This document shows positions 8,204 to 17,212 of a DNA stretch of 64,000 bases, one piece after another; the stretch's first letter is position 1, and each line of letters begins with the position of its first letter. Origin of the DNA: an uncultured Candidatus Saccharibacteria bacterium (GTDB lineage Bacteria; Patescibacteriota; Minisyncoccia; UBA6257; GWB1-50-10); NCBI GenBank assembly GCA_964525595.1, contig CAZGHF010000001.1:29509-93508 (forward strand), written 5' to 3'. The notes under the pieces are model-generated. The model had not been told where the DNA came from, did not search any database, and saw nothing but the letters and a program-made list of their open reading frames with translations. The translations under genes were made by a program, and so were the position numbers.

Positions 8204-8464
8204 ATGCTTTCAAAAAGAAAGAAACAGACGGTTGTTAAGGAGCATCAGAAACACGAAACCGACACCGGTTCAGCTGAAGTTCAAATTGGCCTTCTAACAA
8301 GAAGAATAGAGGAGCTTGCCGGTCACTTGAAGAAACACTCCAAAGACCATCATTCCAGGCGAGGACTTTTGATGATGGTTGGTAAACGCCGCCGTTTTCT
8401 TCAGTATCTTAGCCGGGAAGACGAGAAAGCCCATAACAAAATTACGAAGAAACTAAAACTTTAG
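8204..8464 (+). CDS. rpsO: 30S ribosomal protein S15
   Basis: 87-aa product MLSKRKKQTVVKEHQKHETDTGSAEVQIGLLTRRIEELAGHLKKHSKDHHSRRGLLMMVGKRRRFLQYL. The ORF-track ORF starts upstream at 8078, but the S15 homology begins at the ATG at 8204. Confidence 0.85.
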   Translation: MLSKRKKQTVVKEHQKHETDTGSAEVQIGLLTRRIEELAGHLKKHSKDHHSRRGLLMMVGKRRRFLQYLSREDEKAHNKITKKLKL

Positions 8465-8466
8465 AT

Positions 8467-9033
8467 ATGGCAATTGACGCTAACGAAAAAGCTCATCCCT
8501 CTCAGAGAGTGGGAGTTTTTGTTGATGTCCAGAACATTTATCACTCAGCCAAGAACCTTTTAAATTCTCGGGTAAACTTCAAGGAACTTTTAAAGAATAT
8601 CGTCGGCGACCGGCATCTTATAAGAGCGATGGCCTACGTCGTCACGAGTGAGACGGCTTTGGGTGAAGAATCTTTTTTTGAAGCTCTCCGGAAAACCGGC
8701 TTTGAACTTCGAAATAAGGATCTCCTTATTTATCCGGGCGGTGTCAAGAAAGCCGACTGGGACGTAGGACTTGCAGTTGACGCCATCAGAATGGCGACTT
8801 CTCTCGATGTAATAATCCTCGTGACCGGCGACGGCGATTTCGTTCCTCTGGTTGAATACTTGAAATGGGGTTTAGGCAAACAGGTTGAAGTAGCGGCTTT
8901 TAGCCGGACCACCTCTTCTCGGCTGAAGGAGTCGGCTGACAATTTTGTTGAATTGGAAAACATTCCCCGCATTCTTCTTAGAATCAGGAAAAAAGCAGTC
9001 GCCAACAATATGAATAAAGGCAAACGGCGTTAA
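8467..9033 (+). CDS. NYN domain (LabA-like PIN-fold) protein
   Basis: VFVDVQNIYHSAK...KADWDVGLAVDAI...DVIILVTGDGDFVPLVEYL is the LabA/NYN pattern. Confidence 0.7.
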   Translation: MAIDANEKAHPSQRVGVFVDVQNIYHSAKNLLNSRVNFKELLKNIVGDRHLIRAMAYVVTSETALGEESFFEALRKTGFELRNKDLLIYPGGVKKADWDVGLAVDAIRMATSLDVIILVTGDGDFVPLVEYLKWGLGKQVEVAAFSRTTSSRLKESADNFVELENIPRILLRIRKKAVANNMNKGKRR

Positions 9034-9077
9034 CCTGCATTATTGAAAAACAGATTGACATTGTTCGTGAAAAATCT

Positions 9078-11120
9078 ATGGATTTAAACAGAAAAATTTA
9101 CAAAACCAAAGTCGGCGGCGAGGAATTAACCCTTGAGATTTCCAAATTGGCTCAGAAAGCCGACGGTGCGGTTTTGGCGCGGTACGGTGCAACTGCAGTG
9201 CTTGCAACCGTAGTGATGTCGGAAAAAAACGGGACGAGTGACTTTTTCCCGCTTACCGTTGATTATGAAGAGAAATTTTACGCGGCGGGTAAAATCCTCG
9301 GCTCGAGATTTATAAGGCGCGAGGGTCGGCCGTCCGACGAGGCCACTCTTTCCGCTCGGCTTATTGACCGAACCATCCGCCCGCTTTTTGACGAGCGCTT
9401 AAGAAGAGAAATTCAGGTGACGGCAACCATTCTTGCTTACGACGAGAAACACGACCCGGATGTGCCGGCTCTCATCGCCGTTTCAACTGCTCTAGGAATC
9501 TCCGATATTCCCTGGGATGGACCGGTAGCGGGAGTGCGAATAATGAAGAACGGAGAAGAAAAAATTTTGTATAATGCATTTTTCGCCGGGCCCAAAGGAC
9601 GGGTAAATATGATTGAATTTGAAGGCCAGGAAACAAAGGAGGAAGAACTTATCCGGGTTTTCAATGAAAGCACTAAAGAAATCGATAAACTCATCGATTT
9701 TCAGGAAAATATCATAGAAGAAATTGGCAAACCGAAGACCAAAGTCGAATTAATTGAGGTTGACCCGAGAATTCAGAAGCAAGTCAGAGATTTCATAAGC
9801 AAAGACCTTGAGAAAGCAATCAAAGAAAAAACTTTAGGGGAGTTAAAGCGTAACCTGATGAGTCACCTTGAGGAGTCGGATGAATCGGCCGAGTCTTTGA
9901 GCATGGCCAGCATCGTCTTCGAGGACGAAATCGGCAATTCCTTAAAGAAAGAAATCCTGGAGAAAGAGAGCCGTTCCGACGGCAGGAAGCTGGACGAAGT
10001 TCGACCCCTTTATGGCGAAGTCGGAATTTTTGAGAGAATCCACGGCTCCGGTCTTTTTATCCGTGGTGAAACTCAGGTTCTTGCAATTACAACCCTTGCA
10101 CCGTTATCAGCCGGTCAGCTCGTCGAAACGATGAAATTTACCGGTAAAAAGAAATTCATGCTTCACTACAACTTTCCGAAATTTTCGGTTGGTGAAGCCG
10201 GCCGCTCCCGCGGTCCTGGCCGCCGGGAAATTGGTCACGGTACCCTTGCTGCAAAATCGGTACAAGCGGTCTTGCCAACTGAAGAGGAATTTCCCTACAC
10301 CATAAGAGTGGTAACCGAAACGCTTTCTTCAAACGGCTCGACATCAATGGCTTCCGCTTGTGCCACTTCACTTTCTTTAATGGATGCGGGTGTGCCCTTA
10401 AAGAAACACGTTGCCGGTATTTCAGTCGGTATAGTTTTGGATAAAGAGAAAGATGGTTTCAAGCTTTTGACTGACATCCAGGGCCCCGAGGACCATCATG
10501 GCGGCATGGACCTCAAGGTGGCTGGCACCGATGACGGCGTAACCGCGGTTCAGATGGACGTGAAAATCAGAGGAATAACCCCCGAGATTTTTGAGAAGGC
10601 TCTTGGTCAAGCCAAGGACGCAAGAGAAAAAATTTTAAAATTAATGAAGGATACAATCCCCGCGCCGCGGCCGGAAATATCTTCCTTTGCGCCGACCATC
10701 CTTACTTTGAATATCAAACCGGAGTCAATAGGAGAGGTAATTGGTCCTGGAGGACGGACTATAAACGGCATTATCGATTCGGTCGGTAATGATACCACGA
10801 TTGACATTGAAGAGGATGGTCGGGTTTTTATTGCGAGCTCGAGTCGGGAGTCCGCCGAGAAAGCACTTCTGCGTGTAAAGGCGATAGTAAGAGAGTACAA
10901 ACCGGGCGAAATCGTTGAAGGACCGGTTGTTCGTGCCCTTGATTTTGGCGCGATTGTTGATTTGGGCGGTGGCCGGGACGGCATGATTCACGTCTCCGAA
11001 CTAAAAGACGGCTTCGTCAAGAAGGTTGAAGATGTGGTGAAAATTGGTGATGTCGTGAAAGCAAAAGTGTTGAGGGTGGAGAACGGCCGTATTGCTCTCT
11101 CATTAAAGAACGTGAAATAA
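9078..11120 (+). CDS. pnp: polynucleotide phosphorylase
   Basis: Two RNase PH domains, then KH (IGEVIGPGGRTINGI) and S1 (GEIVEGPVVRALDFGAIVDLGGGRDGMIHVSEL) domains. 680 aa. Confidence 0.95.
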   Translation: MDLNRKIYKTKVGGEELTLEISKLAQKADGAVLARYGATAVLATVVMSEKNGTSDFFPLTVDYEEKFYAAGKILGSRFIRREGRPSDEATLSARLIDRTIRPLFDERLRREIQVTATILAYDEKHDPDVPALIAVSTALGISDIPWDGPVAGVRIMKNGEEKILYNAFFAGPKGRVNMIEFEGQETKEEELIRVFNESTKEIDKLIDFQENIIEEIGKPKTKVELIEVDPRIQKQVRDFISKDLEKAIKEKTLGELKRNLMSHLEESDESAESLSMASIVFEDEIGNSLKKEILEKESRSDGRKLDEVRPLYGEVGIFERIHGSGLFIRGETQVLAITTLAPLSAGQLVETMKFTGKKKFMLHYNFPKFSVGEAGRSRGPGRREIGHGTLAAKSVQAVLPTEEEFPYTIRVVTETLSSNGSTSMASACATSLSLMDAGVPLKKHVAGISVGIVLDKEKDGFKLLTDIQGPEDHHGGMDLKVAGTDDGVTAVQMDVKIRGITPEIFEKALGQAKDAREKILKLMKDTIPAPRPEISSFAPTILTLNIKPESIGEVIGPGGRTINGIIDSVGNDTTIDIEEDGRVFIASSSRESAEKALLRVKAIVREYKPGEIVEGPVVRALDFGAIVDLGGGRDGMIHVSELKDGFVKKVEDVVKIGDVVKAKVLRVENGRIALSLKNVK

Positions 11121-11166
11121 TATTTATCCACAGGAGGATAAAATCTAATAATTTATAATTAAAGAA

Positions 11167-12354
11167 ATGGCTGAAGATAAATTTAATCAAGATAGTCGGC
11201 CTGAAGGCGGAGAAAAAAAGCCGACTCAGCCGAATGTTGACGTAAGGACCTTTGGTTCCGATGTAAAGTCGGTAGCAGATTCAGGCGGTGGGTCGCCAAA
11301 ATCTTACACCCCGGCTACTCCTCCGCCGTCCCCTAAACTCCCAGAAACCCAAGCGCCGGATCGACCTGAAAGAACTCCTTTAGAGGTCGAAAAGAAACCC
11401 GAGATGAAACAATCTTTTGGTGAAGTTTTCCCATCTGTTTCTAAAGAAAAAACCCCAACCCCTGCTCCTGCTCCGATGAGTTTTGAAGCCGGCGGTTTAG
11501 GGGCCGAAGGAGTGAAAACAAAAAAATCTCCAAAAGGGCTTTTTATTGGAATTCTTGTCTTAATAATAATCGTTGGCCTCTTCGCTGTTGGTTACTTCTT
11601 CGTTTATCCCTTTTTCTTCGGCGGTGAAACGGAAGAAGCTGCTGAGGTTCCTCCTCCTGTATCCGCGCCTGAATCTTCTGCGGAGGTGCCGGCCGTGCCG
11701 GAGATTCCGGAAGTCCCAGTGGTGACTGAAAGTGGAACAACAACACCGGCTGAAGGAGAAGAAACGGCAACCGAGCCGGAAGCACCGGCAGAGACTACTC
11801 TTACCGAGCACGCTTCTTTGTTCGTCAGTGCGGCTGATGCGAGTTCAGATGCTACTCTTTCCGAGCTTAATGTTTCCGCTTACAAGGGTTCGTTGGAGTT
11901 TACAACTGCCGAGGTTTCCGTTCTCAATGAACAGGTCTTCAAAGACAGCGAAGGCGTTCTTATAAACTTCACCAATTTAGCGGGAGCTCTCTTGCCGGGT
12001 ATCTTTACGGAGAATCTGAGCCAGTCATTTGAATCGGATTTCACTTTCTTTACTTACACCGACAGCAAAGGAACCTGGCCGGGATTTATCGCAAAACTCG
12101 GTAGTGACGCGGTTTTGGCCGACGTTCAAACCCAGGTGGCGGGCTTAGAAACAAGCGAGAATTTGGCAAACCTTTATTTGACCGACCCCGGGAGCCAAAC
12201 TTCCTGGAAGAGTGGTACCGTCGAGGGCGTGTCCAACCGCTACCTGTCTTTCAGCCTTGACGGCGCGAGTTTGAACTACGGCTGGCAGGACAACCTCTTG
12301 GTTGTCAGTACCTCATTCTCCGGTTTTCAGGAGACCCTGAAGCGACTGAAGTAA
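11167..12354 (+). CDS. hypothetical membrane protein with Pro/Glu-rich low-complexity regions
   Basis: 395-aa ORF with P-rich N-terminus, one TM helix (LFIGILVLIIIVGLFAVGYFFVYPFFF), an E/P/T-rich linker and a C-terminal globular part. Confidence 0.5.
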   Translation: MAEDKFNQDSRPEGGEKKPTQPNVDVRTFGSDVKSVADSGGGSPKSYTPATPPPSPKLPETQAPDRPERTPLEVEKKPEMKQSFGEVFPSVSKEKTPTPAPAPMSFEAGGLGAEGVKTKKSPKGLFIGILVLIIIVGLFAVGYFFVYPFFFGGETEEAAEVPPPVSAPESSAEVPAVPEIPEVPVVTESGTTTPAEGEETATEPEAPAETTLTEHASLFVSAADASSDATLSELNVSAYKGSLEFTTAEVSVLNEQVFKDSEGVLINFTNLAGALLPGIFTENLSQSFESDFTFFTYTDSKGTWPGFIAKLGSDAVLADVQTQVAGLETSENLANLYLTDPGSQTSWKSGTVEGVSNRYLSFSLDGASLNYGWQDNLLVVSTSFSGFQETLKRLK

Positions 12355-12358
12355 GGGC

Positions 12359-12387
12359 TTGATTTTTAGTAGAAATTTATCTACACT
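12359..12387 (+). promoter_or_regulatory. sigma70-like promoter TTGATT-N17-TACACT inside a repeated ~50-bp element
   Basis: TTGATT at 12359-12364 and TACACT at 12382-12387, about 30 nt upstream of the 12417 start. Confidence 0.5.
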
Positions 12388-12416
12388 AGTTTACTATTAA
12401 CCTTAAAATCAATAAT

Positions 12417-13724
12417 ATGCGTTATTTATTGTCAATATTAATAATTTCATTGGTTTTTGGTGGCTTTACTTTTTCCCCTGCCTTAGCCCAAGAAACCACA
12501 TCTGCTGATACAGCAGAAACAGAATTAGGGCTTACTCCAGACAGTCCTTTTTATTTTTTAGATGGCCTTTGGAAGTCAGTCCGTTTAACCTTTACTTTTA
12601 ATAAGGTAAAGAAAACTGAGCTGCGGCTTAAATTTGCCGAAGAAAAATTAGCTGAAGCCGAAAAAATGCAGGCTGAAAATAAGATAACAGCAATGGAAAA
12701 GGCTCTTAAGCGCTACCAACTGCAAGTGGAGCGGGCTGGAGAACAAGCTGAGCGCCGGGAAGAAGTGGCTGAAAAGGTAGCTGAAGCAACCGCTAAACAC
12801 CTGGGATTTCTGGAAAGGATTCGCGAAAAAGCACCGGAAAAAGCCCAAGAAGCATTATTAAAAGCCAAAGAGGTTTCAGAAATAGGCCATTTTAAGGCTA
12901 TTGAGGTATTGCGCAAAATAAAACCAGAACAAGCCAAGAAAATAGAAATATCAAACTTTGTCCAAGTAAAAGTCCGGATTGAAAAGCAAGTCCAAGAACG
13001 CAAAGAAAGACAAGAAAAAGTTCAAACCGGAACTCAAAACAAGGTTCAAATCCAGACCGAAGGAGATATTAAAGAAACAAAGTCATTATGGGAACGGCTT
13101 AAAATCCGCCTGCGAACACAAGACTATATAGCAGTTGATTGTATGGATGAAAAAGGGAATTTTGTCCCTTGTGAAAAAGACGATAAACTAATCAAACCAA
13201 CAACTGATTGTATGGATGAAAAAGGGAATTTTATCCCTTGTGAAAAAGACGATAAACTAATCAAACCAACAACTGATTGTATGGATGAAAAAGGGAATTT
13301 TATCCCTTGTGAAAAAGACGATGAACTAATCAAACCAACAACGATTAATTCTTCGGACTTCCAGCCCCGAAATCTAACCTATGAAATTCAAGAAAAAGGC
13401 GTTCTGATTAAATGGGACTCTCCCTTGGAAACAAGCGACATCGTAAAGTATCAAATCTCAACTAAAGGATGGGGGGTTCGTTGGGTTGAAGTAACCAGAA
13501 CTGATCAAACAAATTATTATCTAAGAAGAAATATGGATGAGAATATCTGTGACCTGGATGTCAGAATTACTCCGGTAAGCACTGAAGGGAAAGAATTGTC
13601 TTATTCAGCTGCTTTTCTACACAACATAAAGCATGTGGCTGATAAAGATACTTGGAATAAAGATTGCGGTCCAATAAATACCACCACTAACGTTAATGAC
13701 ACTACTACAACTCAATCTCAATAA
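12417..13724 (+). CDS. secreted protein with signal peptide, coiled-coil region, three 23-aa tandem repeats and an FN3-like domain
   Basis: Signal peptide MRYLLSILIISLVFGGFTFSPALAQE, K/E-rich helical segment, 3x DCMDEKGNF(I/V)PCEKDD(K/E)LIKPTT, then a WDSP...Y motif reminiscent of a fibronectin type III fold. Confidence 0.6.
   Translation: MRYLLSILIISLVFGGFTFSPALAQETTSADTAETELGLTPDSPFYFLDGLWKSVRLTFTFNKVKKTELRLKFAEEKLAEAEKMQAENKITAMEKALKRYQLQVERAGEQAERREEVAEKVAEATAKHLGFLERIREKAPEKAQEALLKAKEVSEIGHFKAIEVLRKIKPEQAKKIEISNFVQVKVRIEKQVQERKERQEKVQTGTQNKVQIQTEGDIKETKSLWERLKIRLRTQDYIAVDCMDEKGNFVPCEKDDKLIKPTTDCMDEKGNFIPCEKDDKLIKPTTDCMDEKGNFIPCEKDDELIKPTTINSSDFQPRNLTYEIQEKGVLIKWDSPLETSDIVKYQISTKGWGVRWVEVTRTDQTNYYLRRNMDENICDLDVRITPVSTEGKELSYSAAFLHNIKHVADKDTWNKDCGPINTTTNVNDTTTTQSQ
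13137..13343 (+). repeat. 3 x 69-bp near-identical in-frame tandem repeat
   Basis: Units at 13137-13205, 13206-13274 and 13275-13343 differ at only 1-3 positions. Confidence 0.85.
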
Positions 13725-13856
13725 AAATGGCTAGTAATCAAACAAGCTATTGCACAAACTGCGAGGTTGAAAGTGTTTGGCGGACACACGCCAGAAGAGT
13801 AGTAGCGAAGCTTAAAAACAGAGAAGAATTGTCCGCATAGCGACTGAAGCAAGGGC

Positions 13857-13884
13857 TTGATTTTTAGTAGAAATTATCTATACT
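13857..13884 (+). promoter_or_regulatory. second copy of the promoter element TTGATT-N16-TATACT upstream of nusA
   Basis: 13841..13888 (agcgactgaagcaagggcttgatttttagtagaaattatctatactggttt) is about 90% identical to 12341..12390. Confidence 0.5.
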
Positions 13885-13933
13885 GGTTTTAGTGTCCGCT
13901 CTTCCCATGAGCGGATGTTTAGTAAATAACGTT

Positions 13934-15244
13934 ATGGATTTAAAGAATTTATCATCTGCGGTGAACCAAATTGCCGAAGAGAAAGGGATAAAGCCCGAGG
14001 CAGTGTTCAACGCCATTGAATCGGCGATAGCCACCGCCTATAAAAAGGAATATCGGAAAAGGAGCGAATTCATCAGGGCTAAATTTGACTCGAAAACCGG
14101 TGACGTCAAATTTCATCAAGTGAAATTTGTCGTGGAACCGGAAGAGGTAAGAATGATTGAGGAAGAACCGGCCGTTCCTGAAAGAGGCAAGCCTCTCACC
14201 TCGTCTGATGCGAATCGGAGTGGGCGACCCGAAGAATCTTCGGGAAGGGAGGAGGAAGAAGCTCTCCCTCGTTATAATGCAGACCGGCACATTTTTATAG
14301 AAGAAGCAAAGAAAATTAAGAAGGACGCAAAATCAGGAGATGAGATAGAGTTTCCTCTTGAAGTTCACGAAGATTTTGGGAGAATCGCCGCCCAAGCCGC
14401 AAAGCAGGTAATTTTACAGGGGTTACGGGAAGCTGAGCGAGCTTCAATCCGCGAAGAGTTTGCCGACAAGGAAGGTGAAATTGTAAGCGGATTGGTGGAG
14501 AGATTTGAACGGGGCAATGTTTATGTGAACTTAGGTCGGGCGGTGGGCGTCATGTTTTATAACGAGAGTGTGCCGGGCGAGCACTACCGCGTGGGAGCGC
14601 GCCTTCGTTTTTATGTTTTGGCGGTTCAGGAAGACCCGAAGCGTCCAAGTATAGTTCTCTCTCGTTCTCACCCGAAGTTTGTTACCAAGCTTTTCGAACT
14701 TGAAGTGCCGGAGATGACCGACGGCATCGTGGAAATAAAAGATATTGCCCGGGAGGCCGGCAGTCGTACTAAAGTTGCAGTTGTTTCTAATGAAGAAGGC
14801 ATTGATCCGGTTGGTTCCGCAGTCGGTCAGCGGGGAACTAGAGTTATGGCCGTGACCAATGAATTGGGCAACGAGAAAATCGATGTCATTGAGTGGTCAG
14901 CGGAATCCGAAAAATACATCGCTAATTCCCTCTCGCCGGCCAAGGTTAAGCTTGTTGAGGCTCTTCCCCGTCGAGAAGCAAAAGTCCTTGTTGCTGAAGA
15001 CCAGTTGAGTCTCGCGATCGGAAAAGGGGGTCAGAACGTTCGGCTGGCGGCAAAATTAACCGGTTGGAAAATAGACGTGAGGAGTCAGTCCCGACCCGAG
15101 GAGGTTCAAGCCGGCGGTGTTGCCGCCGCTCAGGAAGAGATTGACCTCGTTTCTGCAGAGGGAGCGGAGCCCGGCGACGAAGGTGATATAATTGAAAACA
15201 CTGAAAACAATCAGGAACAGGAACAGGAAGAAAAAGAGGAATAA
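13934..15244 (+). CDS. nusA: transcription termination/antitermination factor NusA
   Basis: NusA N-terminal domain, S1 and two KH domains, acidic C-terminal tail. Start taken at the internal ATG at 13934 (MDLKNLSSAVNQIAEEKGI), which is the typical NusA N-terminus. Confidence 0.85.
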   Translation: MDLKNLSSAVNQIAEEKGIKPEAVFNAIESAIATAYKKEYRKRSEFIRAKFDSKTGDVKFHQVKFVVEPEEVRMIEEEPAVPERGKPLTSSDANRSGRPEESSGREEEEALPRYNADRHIFIEEAKKIKKDAKSGDEIEFPLEVHEDFGRIAAQAAKQVILQGLREAERASIREEFADKEGEIVSGLVERFERGNVYVNLGRAVGVMFYNESVPGEHYRVGARLRFYVLAVQEDPKRPSIVLSRSHPKFVTKLFELEVPEMTDGIVEIKDIAREAGSRTKVAVVSNEEGIDPVGSAVGQRGTRVMAVTNELGNEKIDVIEWSAESEKYIANSLSPAKVKLVEALPRREAKVLVAEDQLSLAIGKGGQNVRLAAKLTGWKIDVRSQSRPEEVQAGGVAAAQEEIDLVSAEGAEPGDEGDIIENTENNQEQEQEEKEE

Positions 15245-17212
15245 ATGCTTTATCTAATATTTGTCCCAATAATAATTGCGATTGTCTACACTGCTTATCT
15301 AATTTTTTGGCTGAAGAGGAAGCCTTCAGGCAGTAAAGCGATGATTGAGATATCTAAAGCAATTCAGAGCGGCTCCTCAGTATATCTCAACCGACAGTAC
15401 AAAACCGTTTCGGTCGTAGCCTTAACCATTTTTCTTATAATCGGTTTTGTGCTCGGCTGGCTTACCGCTCTCGGGTTTCTGATTGGCGCCTTTGCTTCAG
15501 CTCTCGCCGGTTATATCGGAATGATGATAGCCGTGCGCGCTAATACCAAAACGGCCGAGGCCGCCAAAACTAGTCTCGGTCTCTCTCTTTCTATTGCCTT
15601 TAAGGCGGGGTCTGTTACCGGTTTTCTGGTTGTTGCTCTTGGACTTCTATCCGTTTCCGTTTTCTATCTTTTGACTGAAAACGTTACATCCCTTATCGGG
15701 TTGGGGTTTGGTGCCAGTTTAATTTCGGTTTTTGCCCGGCTTGGCGGAGGAATTTTCACCAAAGCGGCCGATGTCGGCACGGACTTGGTCGGTAAGGTTG
15801 AAGCCGGTATTCCCGAAGACGATCCGCGAAATCCGGGAGTGATTGCCGATAACGTCGGCGACAACGTCGGTGACTGCGCCGGTATGGCAGCCGACCTTTT
15901 TGAAACTTATGCCGTAACGCTTATCGCGGCCATCCTTGTCGGCTCGGCTCTTGCTCTTACCGGCTCCGAACTTATTTTCCCGCTTATCCTCGGAGGCTTG
16001 GCGATAGTTGCCTCGGTTATTGGGAGCTTATTTGTGCGTTTGGGGAAAAAGGGCGGGATTATGGGTGCTCTCTACAAAGGTCTTGCTGTTTCAATCGTGG
16101 TTTCGGGAATCCTTTTCTATTTTGCCGCCCGGGAATTTTTCGGCCCTGAATATCTCAAGATTTTTGGCGCCTCCGTCATCGGTTTAATAGTTACCATTTT
16201 GATGGTTGTTATAACCGATTACTACACTGCAAAGAAATACCGACCGGTGAAAAGCATCGCCGAAGCATCGAATTTCGGGCACGGCACGAACATCATTATC
16301 GGGCTCTCAGTTGGAATGGAATCAACGCTCCTGCCAATTATCGTAATCGTGCTCGGAATTTTGGGTTCATTTTTTCTCTTTGGTCTCTACGGCATTGCCA
16401 TTGCTGCGGTTTCGATGCTCTCCGTTGCCGGGATTATTGTCGCCATAGATTCTTTTGGACCGATAACCGACAACGCCGGCGGGATTGCCGAGATGACTTC
16501 ACTTCCCGAGGAGGTTCGCAAGCGTACTGATGCTCTCGATGCGGTTGGGAACACGACCAAAGCCGTGACCAAAGGTTACGCTATTGCCTCAGCGGGCCTG
16601 GCCGCTCTCGTTCTTTTCGGCAGCTATGTCGAGGAGTTAACCAGATTTACGGACGACGTTCTTTTTAGACTTGAAGACCCCTATGTTCTTGTTGGACTCA
16701 TTCTAGGAGCAGCCGTGCCTTACTTCTTCGGTGCGCTTGCGATGCGTTCGGTCGGTCGGGCAGCCGGCTCAATTGTGGAAGAGATAAGACGGCAATTCCG
16801 GGAAATAAAAGGACTTATGGAAGGCAAAGCCAAGCCGGAATACGACCGGGCCGTTGATATCGTAACGAGGGCCGCTCTTCGCGAGATGGTTGTGCCGGCT
16901 CTTCTTCCGATTGTCTCCGTCCTTCTTGTCGGGTTTATATTGGGAGCTGAAGCTTTGGGCGGGTTTCTTATCGGTTCGGTTATCTCCGGTCTTTTTATCG
17001 CGATTTCCATGACTTCGGGCGGGGCAGCCTGGGACAACGCCAAAAAATATATTGAAGACGGTGCTTTCGGCGGCAAAGGTTCCGAGGCTCACAAAGCGGC
17101 TATCACCGGGGACACCGTCGGTGACCCTTACAAAGACACCGCCGGTCCGGCAATTAATCCGCTCATCAAAGTAATAAACATTGTTGCTCTCCTTATTGTT
17201 CCATTCCTTTAA
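15245..17212 (+). CDS. hppA: membrane-bound H+/Na+-translocating pyrophosphatase
   Basis: 655-aa polytopic protein with motifs GGG(I)FTKAADVG(T/A)[26 protein letters not shown](T/S)Y and C-terminal [14 protein letters not shown]. Start overlaps the nusA stop. Confidence 0.9.
   Translation: MLYLIFVPIIIAIVYTAYLIFWLKRKPSGSKAMIEISKAIQSGSSVYLNRQYKTVSVVALTIFLIIGFVLGWLTALGFLIGAFASALAGYIGMMIAVRANTKTAEAAKTSLGLSLSIAFKAGSVTGFLVVALGLLSVSVFYLLTENVTSLIGLGFGASLISVFARLGGGIFTKAADVGTDLVGKVEAGIPEDDPRNPGVIADNVGDNVGDCAGMAADLFETYAVTLIAAILVGSALALTGSELIFPLILGGLAIVASVIGSLFVRLGKKGGIMGALYKGLAVSIVVSGILFYFAAREFFGPEYLKIFGASVIGLIVTILMVVITDYYTAKKYRPVKSIAEASNFGHGTNIIIGLSVGMESTLLPIIVIVLGILGSFFLFGLYGIAIAAVSMLSVAGIIVAIDSFGPITDNAGGIAEMTSLPEEVRKRTDALDAVGNTTKAVTKGYAIASAGLAALVLFGSYVEELTRFTDDVLFRLEDPYVLVGLILGAAVPYFFGALAMRSVGRAAGSIVEEIRRQFREIKGLMEGKAKPEYDRAVDIVTRAALREMVVPALLPIVSVLLVGFILGAEALGGFLIGSVISGLFIAISMTSGGAAWDNAKKYIEDGAFGGKGSEAHKAAITGDTVGDPYKDTAGPAINPLIKVINIVALLIVPFL

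Noticed and set aside
13124-13333. 69-aa minus-strand ORF with its own internal repeats
   Set aside because: Antisense reading of the 3x69-bp tandem repeat inside the 12417..13724 gene.
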